Assembly (NCBI GenBank): GCA_012295275.1
Contig: CM022668.1
Coordinates: 1,984,001 to 2,048,000 of the forward strand
From: Chrysomallon squamiferum
Lineage: Eukaryota > Animalia > Mollusca
DNA: 64,000 nt
Direction: 5' to 3'
Shown here: piece after piece, positions 60,496 through 64,000 of the stretch
Position numbering within the stretch: position 1 is the stretch's first letter
Layout of the letters: each line of letters opens with the position of its first letter
Made by a program: the position numbers and the translations under genes
The notes under the pieces: model-generated
Database searches by the model: none
Seen by the model: only the letters and a program-made list of their open reading frames with translations
What the model was told of the DNA's origin: nothing

Positions 60496-62010
60496 AAATA
60501 GACTTCTAGTCCGTAGGCAAAATGATTGAATGAAAAAGAATTACTTACAATTTCATTTTAATTCGAAACACATCTGTGTGTTACAGTAGTTCAAACTTGA
60601 GTGACATGTTGAATTACACAAAAGACTACGCTTAAAGCATTCACAATGTTTTATTTGACACCTCGTTGTCCCACACAGTTGCATTTCCTTGTCCTCCTGC
60701 GGATGACTCTCTGGACACTGCTGCTCTAAGAGACATTGTGCATTCTTGTTTCAGATTATCTCTGAAGGTAAAATAGCAAACCTCAGTAATTATTTGAATA
60801 TGCTAGTATATCAAAATAACGTACTGCTTGGTAGGACATTACATTAAAAATTAGTTAACAATAACAATAACAAGTACTGATGGTCAGTGTTGACCTCAGA
60901 TTACCAGCTATTCTCACCCGCTGTTTTAGAGATAATAGCCTACATTTTACTTTGATTAGTCTGATTTCTGATTACCAACTAGTATGAAATAATGGTTTAT
61001 CTACTTCAATACATGTATCTATACAATTATATAGTTAAATAGGAATTTATTAGAAAGCCACTTCAAACTAGCTTTCAGTTACTTAAACATAGCTGTAAAA
61101 ACTTATAGGTACCCAAGTCAGCTGGATCTATAAAACTGCCACACGCCTCTCCTTTACGGTGTAAAACTGATCTTTCACAACCAAAATGCGACATCTGCTT
61201 TTGTCGCAGGATGGTGCCGAGGCTGGTTGGAACTTTGGAAGATATGCAGACACTAGTGGGTTCCACAAAGCAACATTTCATCATAGCTTATCTAATTTTT
61301 TAGGAAATCTAACATATATTACATATAAAAGAGAAGACTGTTGTCTCCGTTACACTTAGCTTATATAATTCTTAAGTGTTCTCTTGTACTTCTTGCATTA
61401 TGTAGTATTGACATTGTATATCAATGTAAAGCTTACGATAATAAAACTGCATATCAGATGGCAGTTGAGACTGGGAGATAAGGAATATTGGGAGACCAGA
61501 AAGAATATGTATGTTATGTAGCAGTGGTGAAACTGAAGATGAGATTGAAAATGAAAAATCACTGTGTAATTCGGGAAAATATTTGTTTAAAGCATTTCAG
61601 TGTCAAAAAGTGTTGATTAGTTAGATATAATTTATGTGCTATATTTTTTTCATTTTTTATTATTGATATTGTATATCAATAACCTGTAAAGCTTACTATC
61701 ATATAATTATTTAAATACAGGAAGATAAACATACTCTTATGCATGTAAATAATGTGATGTTTAAATTTACCTTTTGCATTTGTTAGTTAGGTTTATTAAC
61801 ATCACTGATTGCATGTATAAAATATTTAAAAAAAAATAAAATGAAATAAAAAAATAAATAAATCAAATAAAATGAAATAAATAAGTGAAAATAAAATTTA
61901 AAAAAATAAAATAAATACAGATTAGTTTTCTTTCCTGTATCTGTTTATGATATAACAATAATTTCAAAAAGTTAAACAAATTCAAAGAAAAGGTCAGCTT
62001 AAAAAACAAA

Positions 62011-62048
<38 letters not shown>

Positions 62049-62859
62049 CTACATACATAAATCACAAAATATTTACTGTGAATGCTATGATGCCCATTCA
62101 AATGATAAAATCCTAATCTCAGTTAATAAATAACTTGATAAATAAACACAGTTACATACATTTTATATATATATTTATGCATATATAGGAACACACACAG
62201 ACATTTACACATTTTATAGACATATGTAAAATAATGACAAACCTGCAGCTCATATGTATATTAAAGAAAATCTAAAATACACTCACAATTGTGTGCAAGA
62301 TTAAGTATTTTGTTTGCATATTACTAAATAAACAAATCTAAATAAACACATTTTGAAATGATAAAGATAGAAATAAAGTTTAATAATATCAATAATGAAA
62401 ACATATGGTGATATCAGTATAAAAATAATAATCACCAAAATAATAATGAAAATGATAATAGTAATATTAGTAGTGACAACAGTGATAATAACAAAATAAT
62501 AATAATGATAACAAATTAAATATCGGTCCTAATTTCAGAAACAAAACTCACTTGTTTAATTGTAAAGAATTTGGTGAAATAATATTGCAATCGTCATTAA
62601 TATCCACTACCGACAAATTTTGTAAATCATAGAACGGCTAAATATAACGGTAAGTTAGATCTCCATGTTAGACCTATTACATTAAAGAGATACTATTTAT
62701 GATACATTTAGGCTATAGCTCGTGTAATACATGCATTTACGTTATTATGGTATGTTCGTGCAAGTTACAGCTCGTGCAAGTTATGTTACAGTAGGCGTAC
62801 AATGTAGGCCTTCATGGCACTGTCACACTGGTCCAAAAATAGTGACGGTGCCTGGAATC

Positions 62860-62965
62860 TACAGTCGACTTATACACAAGTAATACCTAAAATGAAGCAA
62901 TTTTTGGTCTTAAAATACACATCGACTTATACATAAGGTCGCCTTGTACACAAGTATATAAGGTA
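62860..62965. mobile_element. Right-end fragment of a pogo/Tigger-like MITE
   Basis: Repeated TCGACTTATAC motifs ending ...CACAAGTATATAAGGTA, resembling CGAGTATATACGG-TA termini. Confidence 0.45.
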
Positions 62966-63069
62966 AGTGAATGTTTGTTGTCACCTCATTTTTTTTGAAA
63001 ACTGACCACCGCTACATGTAGCAGAACACACAGATATTTAATAAACTGGTTTTCATGAAAATGTTCAGA

Positions 63070-63321
63070 TTAGAAAACTAATCCATTGGTAACACAGATA
63101 GAAAGAAGGGCTATGAAAAAGATAAGGTTTCTGAGTAAGAGTTTCCACTCACTAGGCACAGCGTACTTTGTGAGAATTGAAGTTATTTTGTCAATTTCAT
63201 GACTCAGACAGACAAAGATGAAGGACGTGAGAATGACGTTGAGAACAGGGTAGTTGGGAACCAAAACGAGAACGCCGTATGTGTCAGCAGCCAGCCACAC
63301 ATGATACTGACTTATAAACAA
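63070..63321 (-). CDS. CASD1: CAS1 domain sialate O-acetyltransferase homolog, terminal exon
   Basis: [43 protein letters not shown] matches the CASD1 C-terminal motif ELFI.QYHIWLAADT.G.LVL.P..P.LN. Phase-0 acceptor at 63322; stop at 63070. Confidence 0.9.
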   Translation of the reverse strand: MFISQYHVWLAADTYGVLVLVPNYPVLNVILTSFIFVCLSHEIDKITSILTKYAVPSEWKLLLRNLIFFIALLSICVTNGLVF

Positions 63322-63745
63322 CTGAAAAACAGAAATAAATAAATAAATAAATATATACATGTAAATTATATTTACTGATGATACACTATACTTACATTTA
63401 CAGATGATAAATTATACTTACAGATGATATATTATAGTTACTGACGAAAGATTATACTTATAGATGATACATTATAAACATAGATGGTACATTATGCATA
63501 CAGATGATAAATTGTACTGAGAAAGAGAAAGAGTAAAGCAAATAGTACATTAATATTACTACCAATATTTAGATATCCATTTCCAATAAAATACAAAGTC
63601 AATAAATAAATATTTGACACCAACACATTATGATAAGTAACAGTTAGTACAGGTTTATTTTTATTACATCTCTGTCAGTTGGCTGATAATTTATCTACCC
63701 ACTGCCCTATACCTTTCCATTCCAGTCTTTTACAATATTACTCAC

Positions 63746-63821
63746 TTCTAATGAGATTTTGCCAAACCAGGCAAAGAAACAGCCAGCCAGGAATGTTGCA
63801 TAGAATTACTTAAAAAAGTAT
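63746..63821 (-). pseudogene. CASD1: CASD1 penultimate exon with an in-frame stop and a frameshifting deletion
   Basis: Reads ATA CTT TTT TAA GTA ATT CTA TGC AAC ATT CCT GGC TGG CTG (IL F* VILCNIPGWL), then shifts frame to FFAWFGKISLE|GTGAG. The exon is 76 nt, not a multiple of 3, between phase-0 sites. Confidence 0.65.
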
Positions 63822-64000
63822 CTGAAAAATTAAAATAAAATGTAATAAACAAATGTCAATTATTTGTTGCATCTTTTGTTCAATCTTTCTTAGTAAAGCA
63901 TGCACTAATTATTTAGAATAACTGAATGCAGTTATGATCTAAACTAGAGTCTCATTAGAAATAATAATGATACTAGTACTATTGCTACTATCAATGCTAC

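Noticed and set aside
60640-60765. Possible extra minus-strand exon (acceptor near 60762)
   Set aside because: No recognisable protein motif, and it cannot be linked to CASD1 or gene C without transcript data.

Overview
Eukaryotic, very AT-rich, microsatellite-dense invertebrate DNA. The style fits a coleoid cephalopod or possibly a decapod crustacean; this is inference only. Reading GT-AG splice sites on the minus strand gives three tandem, co-oriented paralogous genes for secreted, cysteine-rich SVEP1/SCUBE-like mosaic proteins. All three share a core of HYR + sushi/CCP domains, a SEA-like spacer with a polybasic furin-type site, and ephrin-receptor-like (GCC2/GCC3) Cys-rich repeats. Gene A (22299->245, 34 coding exons, about 2,090 aa) adds pentraxin/LamG, EGF, 3x TSP1, a second sushi-spacer-GCC module, a degenerate YWTD propeller with EGF, and a C-terminal FAMeT-like domain. 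Gene B (39399->about 27477, about 1,100 aa) and gene C (59320->45971) end after the GCC repeats. Gene C carries recent exon-pair duplications, frameshifted exon copies and a perfect 29-nt intronic inverted copy of an exon segment (candidate ADAR editing-complementary sequence). The right end holds the last two exons of a CASD1 homolog; the penultimate exon looks disabled. Non-coding features include Tigger and hAT transposon remnants, a tRNA-box-containing dispersed repeat, a 40-bp minisatellite and a 1.5-kb 16-bp satellite. Most ORFs in the supplied track are microsatellite artefacts. All exon models are read by eye and have no transcript support.
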